This document shows, one piece after another, positions 47,048-56,751 of a stretch of DNA of 64,000 bases. The notes below the pieces were generated by a model. That model saw only the letters and a list, made by a program, of their open reading frames with translations. It did no database searches and was not told the origin of the DNA. The position numbers and the translations under genes are program-made. The stretch lies in NCBI GenBank assembly GCA_050258655.1, contig JBLMZF010000106.1, positions 2,669-66,668 of the forward strand, given 5' to 3'. How positions within the stretch are numbered: position 1 is the first letter of the stretch; the number at the start of each line of letters is the position of its first letter. Origin of the DNA: Deltaproteobacteria bacterium (lineage in GTDB: Bacteria > Omnitrophota > Gorgyraeia > Gygaellales > Profunditerraquicolaceae).

Positions 47048-48879
47048 TTCTGGCGCACCTGCCTGAAGAAAAAAGCCGTCTCAGCGGGCACGCACACGTC
47101 TTTCAGGCCAAGGGGATGTACTCTCCCCTGTCCGCCGAAACACCTGTCGTCGCTTGAGAACACGAGCCGCCAGACGTTGCGCCTTCCGGGAGCCAGCAAG
47201 GGTTCAGACAGTGGGACATATCTCAGTCCGCTCCCTCCGTAATTGACCATCAGCAGCCTGTCCCCCTGCGCCCCGCCGTCGTATCTGATCACGAACGACG
47301 AGGGGCCCAGGACCGCTCCCTGGAGCGAATCCCTCGATTGCCTGGCTACGACCGGGTCTTTTTTCCTCAGCCCGATGATCCTCCTGTGGAAACGGAGAAT
47401 GGCTTTCCCCCTGAGGCCGGGACCGATATGGGCCCTGCGAAAGGTGGATGCGTCGCACGGATGCGGGATAAGTCCGAGCTTACCCGGCCGCGCGTACGTC
47501 GGGAACTGCGCGATGAAGGCCTTCCTGCCCTCGTATATCTTCTCAGCCAGACGCGGTATGTCCGCGAAAAATGGGAACGGCGCCGTCTCCCCCCATTCCT
47601 GCCCCATGAACAACAGCGGCGTGCAGGGAGAAAGCATCATGAAGGTCATCAGGGCGCGGTACAGGCCGGGGCTGATGAGGTCGGCGATCCGTCCGGCCTC
47701 GGGATGGTTCGCGATCTGATCGTGGTTCTGCAGGTAGACCACGAACGATGCCCCGGGTTCCCGAGTCACGGGCGTACCTCTTTTCTTACCCTGCCAGAAA
47801 TAATACTGCCCCTGGAAAAGGAACCCCTTCTTCGCGGCCGAAAGCAGCTCCTGCGGCGAGCCGCGGTAATCCTGGAAATATGCTTCGCGGAACCCGGTCG
47901 CGGCCACGCGGACCGAATGGTGGAAATCATCGGCCCACATCGCGTCGAAACCGAGCCCTCCGTCCCCGCTCCCGGCAAGGCAGCGCGTATCCTGGGGTTC
48001 GTTCTCGGCGAAAAAAAGCACTCCTCTTGCGCCCGCGGCTTTTCTGCCGGCGTCCGTTATGTCTGAGAGGATGTGGCAGGGACTTCTGTCATGGATATCC
48101 TGGGTCGCGTCCACACGCAGACCGTCAAGGTGGTATTCGCGGATCCAGGATACGGCATTGCCGGTGAAAAAATCCCTGACGCCGGCCGATTGCGGTCCGT
48201 CGAAATTGAGCGCGTTGCCCCAGTCTGTGCGAAGAGAAGAAAAATAGGAGTCGCTGAACCTGCGCAGGAAACAGCCTTCGGCGCCCATGTGGTTATAGAC
48301 GACATCAAGGACGACGCCGATACCCAGGGAATGGGCGGTGTCGACAAAACGCCGGAGATCGTCGGGACAGCCGTAATTGCGGGAAGGGGCGTAAATAGCG
48401 ACGCCGTCGTAACCCCAGTTCCATCTGCCGCTGAACTCGTTGACCGGCATCAGTTCGACAGCGGTCACGCCCAGCGCGCGCAGGGCGACCAGCCGCCGCC
48501 GCGCGGAGGCGAAGGTCCCCTGGGGAGTGAACGTCCCGATATGCAGCTCATACAGCACCTGGCCGCGCAGGGACAATCCCTTCCAGCCGGCATCATGCCA
48601 CCGGTAGGCCTCGGGATCTATGACCATTGACGGCCCGAAAGGCCCTTCGGGCTGAAAGCGTGAACAGGGGTCAGCGTAGACTTTATTACCGTCAAGCCTC
48701 AGCAGGTAAAGGTCGCCGGCGCGGATACGGGGGGCACGTCCATGGAAATACCCTCCCTTGCCCCTGGCAAGGGAAAGGACAAGCGTCCTTCCATCCCCGG
48801 CCATCACGTCCACGCGCCTGCTTTTAGGCGACCATACCCTGAACGCCGTACCTTGACGGGACGGCACCGCTCCCAGCAT
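47044..48879 (-). CDS. treZ: malto-oligosyltrehalose trehalohydrolase (GH13)
   Basis: 611 aa. N-terminal CBM48-like. GH13 catalytic regions (VVLDVVYNHMG, GLRVDATQDI, FFAENEPQD, FDAMWADDFHH). Confidence 0.9.
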   Translation of the reverse strand: MLGAVPSRQGTAFRVWSPKSRRVDVMAGDGRTLVLSLARGKGGYFHGRAPRIRAGDLYLLRLDGNKVYADPCSRFQPEGPFGPSMVIDPEAYRWHDAGWKGLSLRGQVLYELHIGTFTPQGTFASARRRLVALRALGVTAVELMPVNEFSGRWNWGYDGVAIYAPSRNYGCPDDLRRFVDTAHSLGIGVVLDVVYNHMGAEGCFLRRFSDSYFSSLRTDWGNALNFDGPQSAGVRDFFTGNAVSWIREYHLDGLRVDATQDIHDRSPCHILSDITDAGRKAAGARGVLFFAENEPQDTRCLAGSGDGGLGFDAMWADDFHHSVRVAATGFREAYFQDYRGSPQELLSAAKKGFLFQGQYYFWQGKKRGTPVTREPGASFVVYLQNHDQIANHPEAGRIADLISPGLYRALMTFMMLSPCTPLLFMGQEWGETAPFPFFADIPRLAEKIYEGRKAFIAQFPTYARPGKLGLIPHPCDASTFRRAHIGPGLRGKAILRFHRRIIGLRKKDPVVARQSRDSLQGAVLGPSSFVIRYDGGAQGDRLLMVNYGGSGLRYVPLSEPLLAPGRRNVWRLVFSSDDRCFGGQGRVHPLGLKDVCVPAETAFFFRQVRQK

Positions 48880-48930
48880 CGCTTGCCTTATATTTTAAGG
48901 AAGGCGGCGACAACCCCGCCGCTTAACGGT

Positions 48931-49161
48931 CTATGTGCGCTGTTTCCTGCCGATCAGGTAACCGAGGCCGAGACCAGCCGCGGCGATGCTGCCTACGACC
49001 AGCATCGGGTGATCATTGATCATCGTCTTGCTCTGGGATACGATCGTGTCCCTCAGGTCGCTGTATCTTTCGGTGATCAGTTTGGAGATCTCGTTCTTCT
49101 TCTCTTTTGCAGCCGTGTTCAGAAGGTTAAGGGCCTCATCGATCCTGGATTCGCCTTCCAT
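48931..49161 (-). CDS. DUF883 (ElaB/YqjD-like) membrane-anchored protein
   Basis: 76 aa. Helical N-region plus C-terminal TM with GLGLGYLIGRKQR, typical of the ElaB/YqjD/YgaM family. Confidence 0.6.
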   Translation of the reverse strand: MEGESRIDEALNLLNTAAKEKKNEISKLITERYSDLRDTIVSQSKTMINDHPMLVVGSIAAAGLGLGYLIGRKQRT

Positions 49162-49259
49162 TTCGTGCTCCTTCCATAACCGGGGGGTTACCCGTTTTCC
49201 ATACTTCTCATGCTACACTACGCCCTCCCCCCCGTAAACTCCGGAAGCTCACCTTTTTT

Positions 49260-49287
49260 TTGACTTTTCCCCACGGGGGACTATAAT
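49260..49287 (+). promoter_or_regulatory. near-consensus sigma70 promoter (TTGACT-N16-TATAAT) for the XRE-cupin regulator / acyl-CoA synthetase unit
   Basis: TTGACT at 49260-49265 and TATAAT at 49282-49287. SD aaggaggg lies 6 nt before ATG 49326. Confidence 0.7.
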
Positions 49288-49325
49288 GGGTCGTGGAATT
49301 TATCGCCCACAAGGAGGGTGTACTC

Positions 49326-49880
49326 ATGTCAGAAAAGCTCAAACAGATCGGGCAGAGGATGCGCGACTTGCGGGAGATCGCCGGCCTCTCCATAGAAGCG
49401 ATGGGACAGCAGTTCAAGGTCCCCCCCGCGCTGTACGCGAAGTACGAAGCCGGGGAAACGGATATCCCCGTCAGTTTCCTGGTCGAAGTCGCCCAGCATT
49501 TCAACGTGGAACTCACCGCTCTCCTGACCGGCGGCGACCCCCATCTTCATTCGTACTGCCTTGTCCGCAAGGATAAGGGACTTACCACCAAACGCCGGAA
49601 GGAATACAAATACCAGGACCTGGCGTTCAACTTCGTCCACAAGAAAGCGGAAGCCTTCCTGGTATCCGTCGACCCTAAACCGGCCAGGACCGCGGTGCAT
49701 TATTACGCGCACCCGGGACAGGAGTTCAATTACGTCATCAAGGGGACCCTGAAAATCCTGCTGGACGGCCATGAGGTGATGCTCTCGGAAGGAGATTCCC
49801 TCTACTTCGATGCGGGCATCAAGCACGCCATGCGGGCAGTAGGCCAGAAGCCCGCCAAATTCCTGGCAGTCATACTGTAA
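49326..49880 (+). CDS. XRE-family HTH transcriptional regulator with C-terminal cupin sensor domain
   Basis: HTH_XRE (LKQIGQRMRDLREIAGLSIEAMGQQFKV). Cupin motifs (HYYAHPGQEFNYVIKG…GDSLYFDAGIKH). Start set at MSEKLKQ because of the SD and promoter spacing. Confidence 0.8.
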   Translation: MSEKLKQIGQRMRDLREIAGLSIEAMGQQFKVPPALYAKYEAGETDIPVSFLVEVAQHFNVELTALLTGGDPHLHSYCLVRKDKGLTTKRRKEYKYQDLAFNFVHKKAEAFLVSVDPKPARTAVHYYAHPGQEFNYVIKGTLKILLDGHEVMLSEGDSLYFDAGIKHAMRAVGQKPAKFLAVIL

Positions 49881-49919
49881 TCTTCAACCCGCCTTACCGG
49901 GTAACAAAAGGAAGCCGCC

Positions 49920-51584
49920 ATGCTCACGAAATTCGCACGGGACAGTTACTCTTCCTACGAGGAATTCTGTCAGCACTGCAGGATCAAGGTGCCAGACCCG
50001 TTCAATTTCGCTTTCGACGTCGCCGACTCGCTCGCAGAGTCCTCGCCTGAAAAGCCGGCGATGGTCTGGTGCGACGACAAGGGAAAGTCCGCGCGTTTCA
50101 CCTTCGCCGAGATGAAGAAGCGCAGCGACCAGACGGCCAATTTCCTCACCGCGCTCGGGATCAAGAAAGGCGACCCGGTGATGCTTATCCTCAAGCGCCG
50201 GTATGAATACTGGTTCTTCCTCCTGGCGCTGCACAAGATCGGGGCCATCGCGATACCTGCCACCCATCTCCTCAAGGCCAAGGACGTGATCTACCGGAAC
50301 AATGCCGCAGGGATCAAGATGATCGTCGCCGTCGACGAACCGGCGCTGCTTGACCAGATAGACATAGCGGCGAAGGAATCGCGCACGCTCGAACACCGGG
50401 TGACGGTCGGGGGGGCGTATAAGGACTGGGTCGATTACCACACCGAGGTCGGTAAGTACACGGACGTGTTCACGAAACCGAGAGGCAAGGCCGCGACGAA
50501 GAACAGCGACATCATGCTCCTCTATTTCACCTCTGGAACAACGGGCATGCCGAAGATGGTCCAGCATAATTTCACCTACCCGCTCGGCCATATCCTGACC
50601 GCCAAATTCTGGCAGAACGTCCGGGAGAACGGCCTTCACCTGACCGTCGCGGACACGGGCTGGGCAAAAGCGGCTTGGGGAAAGATCTACGGCCAATGGC
50701 TGGCGGGCAGCGCGATATTCGTCTACGACTACGATAAGTTCGTGCCGAAAGACCTTCTCGATGTCATCTGCAAGTATGGGGTGACCACCTTCTGCGCGCC
50801 ACCCACCGTCTTCCGGTACCTGATCAAGGAAGACCTGACTAAATACGACTTCAGCAAGCTCAAATACTGCGTGACCGCGGGAGAGCCCCTGAACCCGGAA
50901 GTGTACAACCAGTGGCTCAAGCTCACCGGCCACAGGCTGATGGAAGGATACGGCCAGACCGAATGCATCGTGGCCCTCGCCACTTACCCCTGGCTTGAGC
51001 CGAAACCGGGATCGATGGGAAAACCCTCGCCGGGCTACGATATCGACATCGTCAACGAGAAAGGCGAGCCCTGCGGGATAGGCGAGGAAGGACAGATCGT
51101 CATCCATACCGAAAAAGGCGCGCCGATAGGGATGTTCGACGGGTACTACCGGGACAAACGGCTGACCTCTAAGGTCTGGCACGACGGTGTCTATTATACC
51201 GGTGACATGGCCTGGAAGGACGAGGACGGCTATTTCTGGTTCGTGGGCCGCGCCGACGACCTGATCAAGAGCTCGGGCTACCGCATCGGGCCTTTTGAAG
51301 TGGAAAGCGCCCTGCTCGAGCACCCGGCGGTGCTTGAATGCGCTATCACGGCCGTCCCTGACCCGGACAGGGGCCAGATCGTGAAAGCGACGATCGTGCT
51401 CTCCAAGGCATATGCCGGCAAGGGAGGCGACGAGCTGGTCAAAGAGCTCCAGGAGCATGTCAAGAGGGTCACGGCCCCCTACAAATATCCCCGGATCATC
51501 GAGTTCGTGACCGAGCTCCCCAAGACCATAAGCGGCAAGATCCGCAGGGTCGAGATCAGGGATAAGGACGAAAAGTCCGAATAA
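49920..51584 (+). CDS. AMP-forming acyl-CoA synthetase (medium-chain/ACSM-like)
   Basis: 554 aa. AMP-binding signature [15 protein letters not shown]. Hinge and A8 motif ([38 protein letters not shown]). A10 Lys (ISGKIRR). Confidence 0.9.
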   Translation: MLTKFARDSYSSYEEFCQHCRIKVPDPFNFAFDVADSLAESSPEKPAMVWCDDKGKSARFTFAEMKKRSDQTANFLTALGIKKGDPVMLILKRRYEYWFFLLALHKIGAIAIPATHLLKAKDVIYRNNAAGIKMIVAVDEPALLDQIDIAAKESRTLEHRVTVGGAYKDWVDYHTEVGKYTDVFTKPRGKAATKNSDIMLLYFTSGTTGMPKMVQHNFTYPLGHILTAKFWQNVRENGLHLTVADTGWAKAAWGKIYGQWLAGSAIFVYDYDKFVPKDLLDVICKYGVTTFCAPPTVFRYLIKEDLTKYDFSKLKYCVTAGEPLNPEVYNQWLKLTGHRLMEGYGQTECIVALATYPWLEPKPGSMGKPSPGYDIDIVNEKGEPCGIGEEGQIVIHTEKGAPIGMFDGYYRDKRLTSKVWHDGVYYTGDMAWKDEDGYFWFVGRADDLIKSSGYRIGPFEVESALLEHPAVLECAITAVPDPDRGQIVKATIVLSKAYAGKGGDELVKELQEHVKRVTAPYKYPRIIEFVTELPKTISGKIRRVEIRDKDEKSE

Positions 51585-51586
51585 TC

Positions 51587-51640
51587 AAAACGGGGTCAGA
51601 ATTATTTTCCCGGAAAATAATTCTGACCCCGTTTTTCTTT
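51587..51640. terminator. bidirectional rho-independent terminator (perfect roughly 48-bp palindrome)
   Basis: aaaacggggtcagaattattttcc cg gaaaataattctgaccccgtttt followed by tcttt. Sits between the convergent acyl-CoA synthetase and response-regulator genes. A- and T-runs on both sides. Confidence 0.85.
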
Positions 51641-51649
51641 CGCGTTCGC

Positions 51650-52036
51650 CTATTTTAAAGAATGCTTCAATATCGTATCTATCTTCTCTACCAGCTCCGT
51701 CGGGTTCACCGGCTTGGCCAGGTAGTAGTGCTTTCCGACGCTCTCCCCGCTCTCCTCGGCCTTTTTCATCAGGGCGGTTATGAACAGGATCGGGATGTCC
51801 TTGGTCCTGTCATTCTCAGCAAGCGCGCTGGCGACATCACCCCCATCCATCCCGGGCATGTTCACGTCAAGCAGGATGAGATCCGGCGGCTCCTTCCTGG
51901 CCAGCGCCAGCCCTTCCTTCGAGTCCGTCGTCGCGGATGCCTCAAACCTTCCCGTCCGCTGCAGCATTGACCGGGTATACCGGCAGATGTCCTCTTCGTC
52001 ATCGATGATCAGAATCCTCGCGCACCGCTGTTCCAT
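51650..52036 (-). CDS. single-domain response regulator (CheY-like receiver)
   Basis: ARILIIDDEEDI…DLILLDVNMPGMDGGDV…KPV. Start at MEQRCA (52036) with SD gaggagg. Confidence 0.8.
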   Translation of the reverse strand: MEQRCARILIIDDEEDICRYTRSMLQRTGRFEASATTDSKEGLALARKEPPDLILLDVNMPGMDGGDVASALAENDRTKDIPILFITALMKKAEESGESVGKHYYLAKPVNPTELVEKIDTILKHSLK

Positions 52037-52158
52037 AAAGACCTCCTCGCGTAGGCAGAAGCCTTTGCCGCATTCCCCTAGATTATATATCAGAAAAAGG
52101 GAGGGCAAAACAAAAAACCCGCTTTCCGCGGGACCGATGCTCCTGTTGCCTGCCTTTT

Positions 52159-52524
52159 TCAGCCTGCGCGCCTTGTCCCTGTCATCAACTGGGCGACGGC
52201 CATCAACTCGGGTTTATCGAGCAGGATGCCGATGCGATACCTGTTGTTGGCCACCTTCTGGCACCAGACGACCTTGCCCGCAGTGACCAGCTCATCGCGC
52301 GTGCAGGGGAATTTGAGGTAGATGTCGACCTGGGATGCGGGCTTGAACCATTCGCTCGAGACCATCCCGAGCCCCTGTGCGCTGATGTCCATGGTGATGC
52401 CCATCTTCTCCTGCTGCTTCTCAAGGCAGCGCAGCAGGACCTCGGCCTTTATACGCGCGAACAGGCGCCTGTCTTCAGCACTTCTTTCATCCAGTTTCTT
52501 CTCTTCGCGGGAGAAAAAAAGCAT
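52159..52524 (-). CDS. PilZ-domain c-di-GMP-binding protein
   Basis: RxxxR (EDRRLFARI) and D/NxSxxG (MDISAQGLGM) PilZ motifs. Start at MLFFSRE (52524). Confidence 0.7.
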   Translation of the reverse strand: MLFFSREEKKLDERSAEDRRLFARIKAEVLLRCLEKQQEKMGITMDISAQGLGMVSSEWFKPASQVDIYLKFPCTRDELVTAGKVVWCQKVANNRYRIGILLDKPELMAVAQLMTGTRRAG

Positions 52525-52681
52525 TGTTGTCCTCTTTGTCTTTTCCTGTCGAATAATTATGCCTTCCCGCGGCACTCTTTTCAAGAGTGAAAGACAAAAA
52601 ATGCGAAAGCGTTTTCAATGATCAAGCCGATTTACAACATGATGGGAACAAAGAGGTTTGGAACGGGCGGGAAAAGCCTTT

Positions 52682-53071
52682 TCAGGAACCTGAAGTCCTT
52701 TTTATGAAGGAAAGAATCTCTCTCTTATCGTCTTCGTCGAGCTGCTTGAACAGGATACCGATCCTGTACTCGCTGCCGCTTAAAGGCATGTTGTACCGCA
52801 CTTCGCCGGTGATCTCTATCGGTCCGTAGAAGCTGACGTCGTCCTTCTCGAGCGTGAAAAGGGTGAACTTTATCTGCAGCAGGGAGCCGCGGGGGATATC
52901 CAGGCCGGTCAGGAACGAGATCCCGCCCTCGCTCAGGTCGAGCATCGTGGCCCGTGTATCCTTATTGCCTATGGTCAGGCGGACTTTCGCGGGACGGTCT
53001 ATGCGGTAAACAACGGAGAGGTTCACGCGGAGACGCTTATGTCTCCTGTTCTCCCTGCCTTTATCCATCAT
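52682..53071 (-). CDS. PilZ-domain c-di-GMP-binding protein
   Basis: RRHKRLRV (RxxxR) and LDLSEGGISF (DxSxxG) motifs. 129 aa. Confidence 0.7.
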   Translation of the reverse strand: MMDKGRENRRHKRLRVNLSVVYRIDRPAKVRLTIGNKDTRATMLDLSEGGISFLTGLDIPRGSLLQIKFTLFTLEKDDVSFYGPIEITGEVRYNMPLSGSEYRIGILFKQLDEDDKREILSFIKRTSGS

Positions 53072-53499
53072 TGGGCCTTTGTTTCCTTTGAATCCTTCAG
53101 AAGCTTCTCTACCTGTTTCTTGGACATCGTGGAGAGGTTCTTTTCCAGCTGGCTGACCTGCTCGTTCTTCCTGTCGAGCTCCTCACGGGCGGCCGCGATG
53201 TCTTTTTCCCATTTTTCGAGCTGGCCGGAGACCTGGCGGAGCTCGTTCTTCATCCCCGCGAGGTTCCGGGCCGTTTCAGCGGCCTGTTTCCGGTCCTCAC
53301 GCTCCACGTTGAAGGCGAAAACGAGGCTTGCCGCGGCGATGATCGCCAGCCACAGCGCGCTCGTCTTCCAGAACATCAGCTTGCGGATGAGTTCTGCATG
53401 CCGGGTCCGGTACTGGATGACCAGCTGCTTGTAGTCCGCCAGCGCGTACACAAGATTGGTCGCCTGCCGTTCTTTCGGGTCTTTTTTCTGTTCTTCCAT
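53068..53499 (-). CDS. membrane-anchored coiled-coil protein, unknown function
   Basis: Single TM (ALWLAIIAAASLVFAF) then heptad-rich region. Start codon overlaps the PilZ stop (ATGA-type coupling). Confidence 0.5.
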   Translation of the reverse strand: MEEQKKDPKERQATNLVYALADYKQLVIQYRTRHAELIRKLMFWKTSALWLAIIAAASLVFAFNVEREDRKQAAETARNLAGMKNELRQVSGQLEKWEKDIAAAREELDRKNEQVSQLEKNLSTMSKKQVEKLLKDSKETKAQ

Positions 53500-53508
53500 A
53501 TGCTCCCC

Positions 53509-54066
53509 TTAACCCTTCATCAGCGCCAGCGTCTCGGAACGGGTCTTCTCGTTCTCCTTGAACACCCCGCGCACCGCCGAAGTGACCGTTCTGGTCCCCG
53601 GCTTCTTGACGCCGCGCATCGACATGCACATATGTTCCGCCTCGATGACCACCATGCAACCCTGCGGCTTGAGCTTTGCCATGATCATGTCCGCCACCTG
53701 CGTCGTAAGCCGTTCCTGTACCTGGGGGCGGCGGGACAGAAGATCGACGACGCGGGCAAGCTTGCTGAGACCCGTCACCCTTCCCTGTCTGGGGATATAG
53801 GCGACGTGGGCCGTCCCGATGAACGGCAACAGATGATGCTCGCACATGCTGTACAGGGGTATGCCTTTCAGGAGGATGATCTCGTCGTGCTTCTGGTCGA
53901 GGATGACCTCGAGCTCTTTCGAAGGGTCACGGCCGAGCCCGGCGAATATCTCCTCGTACATCTCGGCCACGCGGCGCGGGGTCTCGAGCAGATCGGTCCT
54001 GCGGGGGTCCTCGCCGATCGCCTCGAGCAACATGCGCACGGCTTTTTCTATCTTTTTGCTGTCCAT
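53509..54066 (-). CDS. folE: GTP cyclohydrolase I
   Basis: 185 aa. …[10 protein letters not shown]…[10 protein letters not shown]…[12 protein letters not shown]… is canonical FolE. Confidence 0.95.
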   Translation of the reverse strand: MDSKKIEKAVRMLLEAIGEDPRRTDLLETPRRVAEMYEEIFAGLGRDPSKELEVILDQKHDEIILLKGIPLYSMCEHHLLPFIGTAHVAYIPRQGRVTGLSKLARVVDLLSRRPQVQERLTTQVADMIMAKLKPQGCMVVIEAEHMCMSMRGVKKPGTRTVTSAVRGVFKENEKTRSETLALMKG

Positions 54067-55452
54067 CTATTTTCCTATGCAGAAACCGGAGAATATCCTT
54101 TCAAGAAGATCCCCGGTAAAATCCTTCCCCTGGAGCCGGTCAAGAAGCCCGCACGCGTCCTTCAGGTTCTGCGCCAGGCACTCCGGCAGCAATTCATTAT
54201 CCCGATAATTGCGGGTCTCATCAATGATTTTTTTTATTTTTTTGAGGGTCTGAATATGCCTGATGTTGCTGACGGCCGCGTCGGAACCCGAGACGCCCGC
54301 GCAGCCGCAGCGGTCCGCTATCGCCTCTTCCAGGCTGCCGATGCCGGTACCCTTTTTGGCCGAAAGCGCGATCGCCCCGGGGAACCGTCCCCTGACCGTC
54401 TCGGCGGTCCGCGCGACGGTCCTGCGGTCGGACTTGTTCACCACCGCGATGGGCCGGCGCGGGGAAAGCTTGCGCATCAGGAGCGCGTCTCGGCGGTCGA
54501 GCCCCGAACTGCCGTCGAAGACAAGGATGACCAGGTCCGCGCTCTCGATGCTCTGCGCCGTCTTCCTCATCGCCTTCTTCTCGACCAGGTCCCTCGGCTC
54601 GAGTATCCCCGCGGTATCGATGATCCTGACCGGGATGCCGCGGATGTCGATCACCTCTTCGACGGTATCCCTCGTGGTCCCCGCGACGGGAGTCACGATC
54701 GACCGCTCCTGTCGCAGGAGCGCGTTGAGCAGGGATGACTTGCCCGCGTTGGGCTTGCCGCAGATGACGGCGCGGACACCCTCCCGGTATGCCTTCCCGC
54801 GCGCGCTCCCTTCAAGCAGGGCAGCGATCATCCCGGAGGCTTCATCGAGGCCGGAGCGAACACGGGCGGGTTCGGATCGTGCCTCGCCGGGAAAATCTAT
54901 CTCCGCCTCGAGCGGGGCCAGGCAGGCAAGCAGGACCGACCTTATCCTGTCGAGTTCCCGGGATAGACCTCCCTTGAGCTGGCCGAGGCTGACCCTGAGC
55001 GCCGCATCGGTCTTGGCGCGGATGATATCGAGGACCGCTTCGGCCTGCGCCAGGTCGATCCTTCCGTTCAGAAAAGCCCTTTTGGTGAACTCGCCCGGTT
55101 CCGCGAGCCTGCAGCCGTTGGCCAGCACCAGTTCAAGCACCGCCCGCATCGCCACAGGTCCCCCGTGGCAGCTTATCTCCACCACATCCTCTCTGGTGTA
55201 ACTTTTAGGCGCACGCATCACGGTCAGCAGCGCTTCATCGACGGTCTCCTGCCCTGACGGCGACCTGCGCACCACCCACCCGTATCTGGCGGTGAAGCCT
55301 TTGGATGCCGAAGGGGCGCGGCCGGAAGCCGGGACAAAAACAGCATCGGCGACCGCAAGCGCCCGGGGTCCGCTGACGCGGATGATGCCTATCCCCGATT
55401 CGCCCGGAGAAGTGGCCATGGCGGCTATCGTCCCGTTCGTATCATCTACCAT
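54067..55452 (-). CDS. mnmE: tRNA modification GTPase MnmE
   Basis: 461 aa. N-terminal THF-binding domain. G-domain (VVICGKPNAGKSSLLNAL, DTAG). C-terminal CIGK. Confidence 0.9.
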   Translation of the reverse strand: MVDDTNGTIAAMATSPGESGIGIIRVSGPRALAVADAVFVPASGRAPSASKGFTARYGWVVRRSPSGQETVDEALLTVMRAPKSYTREDVVEISCHGGPVAMRAVLELVLANGCRLAEPGEFTKRAFLNGRIDLAQAEAVLDIIRAKTDAALRVSLGQLKGGLSRELDRIRSVLLACLAPLEAEIDFPGEARSEPARVRSGLDEASGMIAALLEGSARGKAYREGVRAVICGKPNAGKSSLLNALLRQERSIVTPVAGTTRDTVEEVIDIRGIPVRIIDTAGILEPRDLVEKKAMRKTAQSIESADLVILVFDGSSGLDRRDALLMRKLSPRRPIAVVNKSDRRTVARTAETVRGRFPGAIALSAKKGTGIGSLEEAIADRCGCAGVSGSDAAVSNIRHIQTLKKIKKIIDETRNYRDNELLPECLAQNLKDACGLLDRLQGKDFTGDLLERIFSGFCIGK

Positions 55453-56740
55453 ATCGATCTTTCAATCTCTGCCGCGCTTCACCGACGAGGAATATCGAGC
55501 CCGTGACACAGCATACCCTCTCTTTCCCTTCATCCTCCGCCATCTCCAGAGCGCTGTCGATATCCTGACTTATCCTCACCCGGACCCCCGGGGCAGCCGC
55601 CCTGATGCGCTCTGCGAGCCTTTTGGGGAGAAACGCGCGGGGATTGTCCGCCGCCGTGACGATGAACCTGTCCGCGACGCGCACGAGCTGCCGGCAGATG
55701 GCGCCCAGATCCTTGTCTTTTGACACACCGAGGATAAAGGTTATCTTCTTCCCGGGGTAACTCTCTGTAAGCGTCCTGCACAACGCCCGGGCGGAATCTC
55801 CGTTATGCGCGCCGTCGAGCACGAACCTGCCTGCCGCCTCGAAACGGCCGGGCCAGCGCGTCCCCGCCAGCCCCTGCGCTACCGCCGTCCGCTCCAGCTT
55901 TACACCAAGGGCAGGGGCCGCGGCCGCGCAAAGCGCGGCGGCGCAGGCCGCGTTGACCGACTGATGCGCTCCCCGCAGGGGTATGGGGATCCCTTCCAGG
56001 TCCTTAAGAGAACGGTCCCTCCCGATAAGACAGAGACGCGACCTGCGGGCATAACAGATTTTCTCGATCACCCTCAGCGCGCCGGCCTTCTGAGGAGCGG
56101 AAACGACGGGAATGCGGGGCTTGATGATGCCTGCCTTTTCCCGCGCGATCGCCGCCAGCGTCCTGCCGAGTTTCTGGGTATGGTCAAGGCTGATGGAAGT
56201 GATACAGCAGGCGGCGGGAACGACGACATTGGTGGCGTCCAACCTCCCCCCCAACCCTGTTTCGAGCACAGCGCAGTCGACCTTCTTTGAACGGAAATAG
56301 ACGAACGCGAGGGCCGTGTAGACTTCGAAAAAAGAAAGCGGACCGTAAGGGGACGACGCGCAGAAACGCTCGATGGATGGTTTTAAGCCGGCCACCAGAC
56401 GCGCCAGCTCTTCCCTGCCGATCATCCCTTCGAAATCAGCAGGGCGCGATCCGGGCTCGAGGATGCGTATCCGTTCGCGGACATCGCACAGGTGCGGGGA
56501 CGTGTACAGGCCTACCCGCAGGCCCGCGCTTCGCAGGATATTAGCGCAGAACAGGCAGACCGAACCTTTCCCTTTTGTGCCGGCCACGTGGACGCTCTTG
56601 AAAGCGTCCTGCGGATCGCCGATCGCGGCGAGGAACGAACCGATCCTCTCCAGCCTGAAGGAACGCTTATAAGGATAGGTTGCCCGTTTCTCGTAATTGA
56701 CGAACGAGTCGAGATAGCGTGCGGTCTCCCTGGGATCCAT
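55442..56740 (-). CDS. folC: bifunctional folylpolyglutamate synthase / dihydrofolate synthase
   Basis: 432 aa. P-loop HVAGTKGKGS. Mur-ligase middle and C domains. Confidence 0.9.
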   Translation of the reverse strand: MDPRETARYLDSFVNYEKRATYPYKRSFRLERIGSFLAAIGDPQDAFKSVHVAGTKGKGSVCLFCANILRSAGLRVGLYTSPHLCDVRERIRILEPGSRPADFEGMIGREELARLVAGLKPSIERFCASSPYGPLSFFEVYTALAFVYFRSKKVDCAVLETGLGGRLDATNVVVPAACCITSISLDHTQKLGRTLAAIAREKAGIIKPRIPVVSAPQKAGALRVIEKICYARRSRLCLIGRDRSLKDLEGIPIPLRGAHQSVNAACAAALCAAAAPALGVKLERTAVAQGLAGTRWPGRFEAAGRFVLDGAHNGDSARALCRTLTESYPGKKITFILGVSKDKDLGAICRQLVRVADRFIVTAADNPRAFLPKRLAERIRAAAPGVRVRISQDIDSALEMAEDEGKERVCCVTGSIFLVGEARQRLKDRYGR

Positions 56741-56751
56741 CGGGAAGGGTA

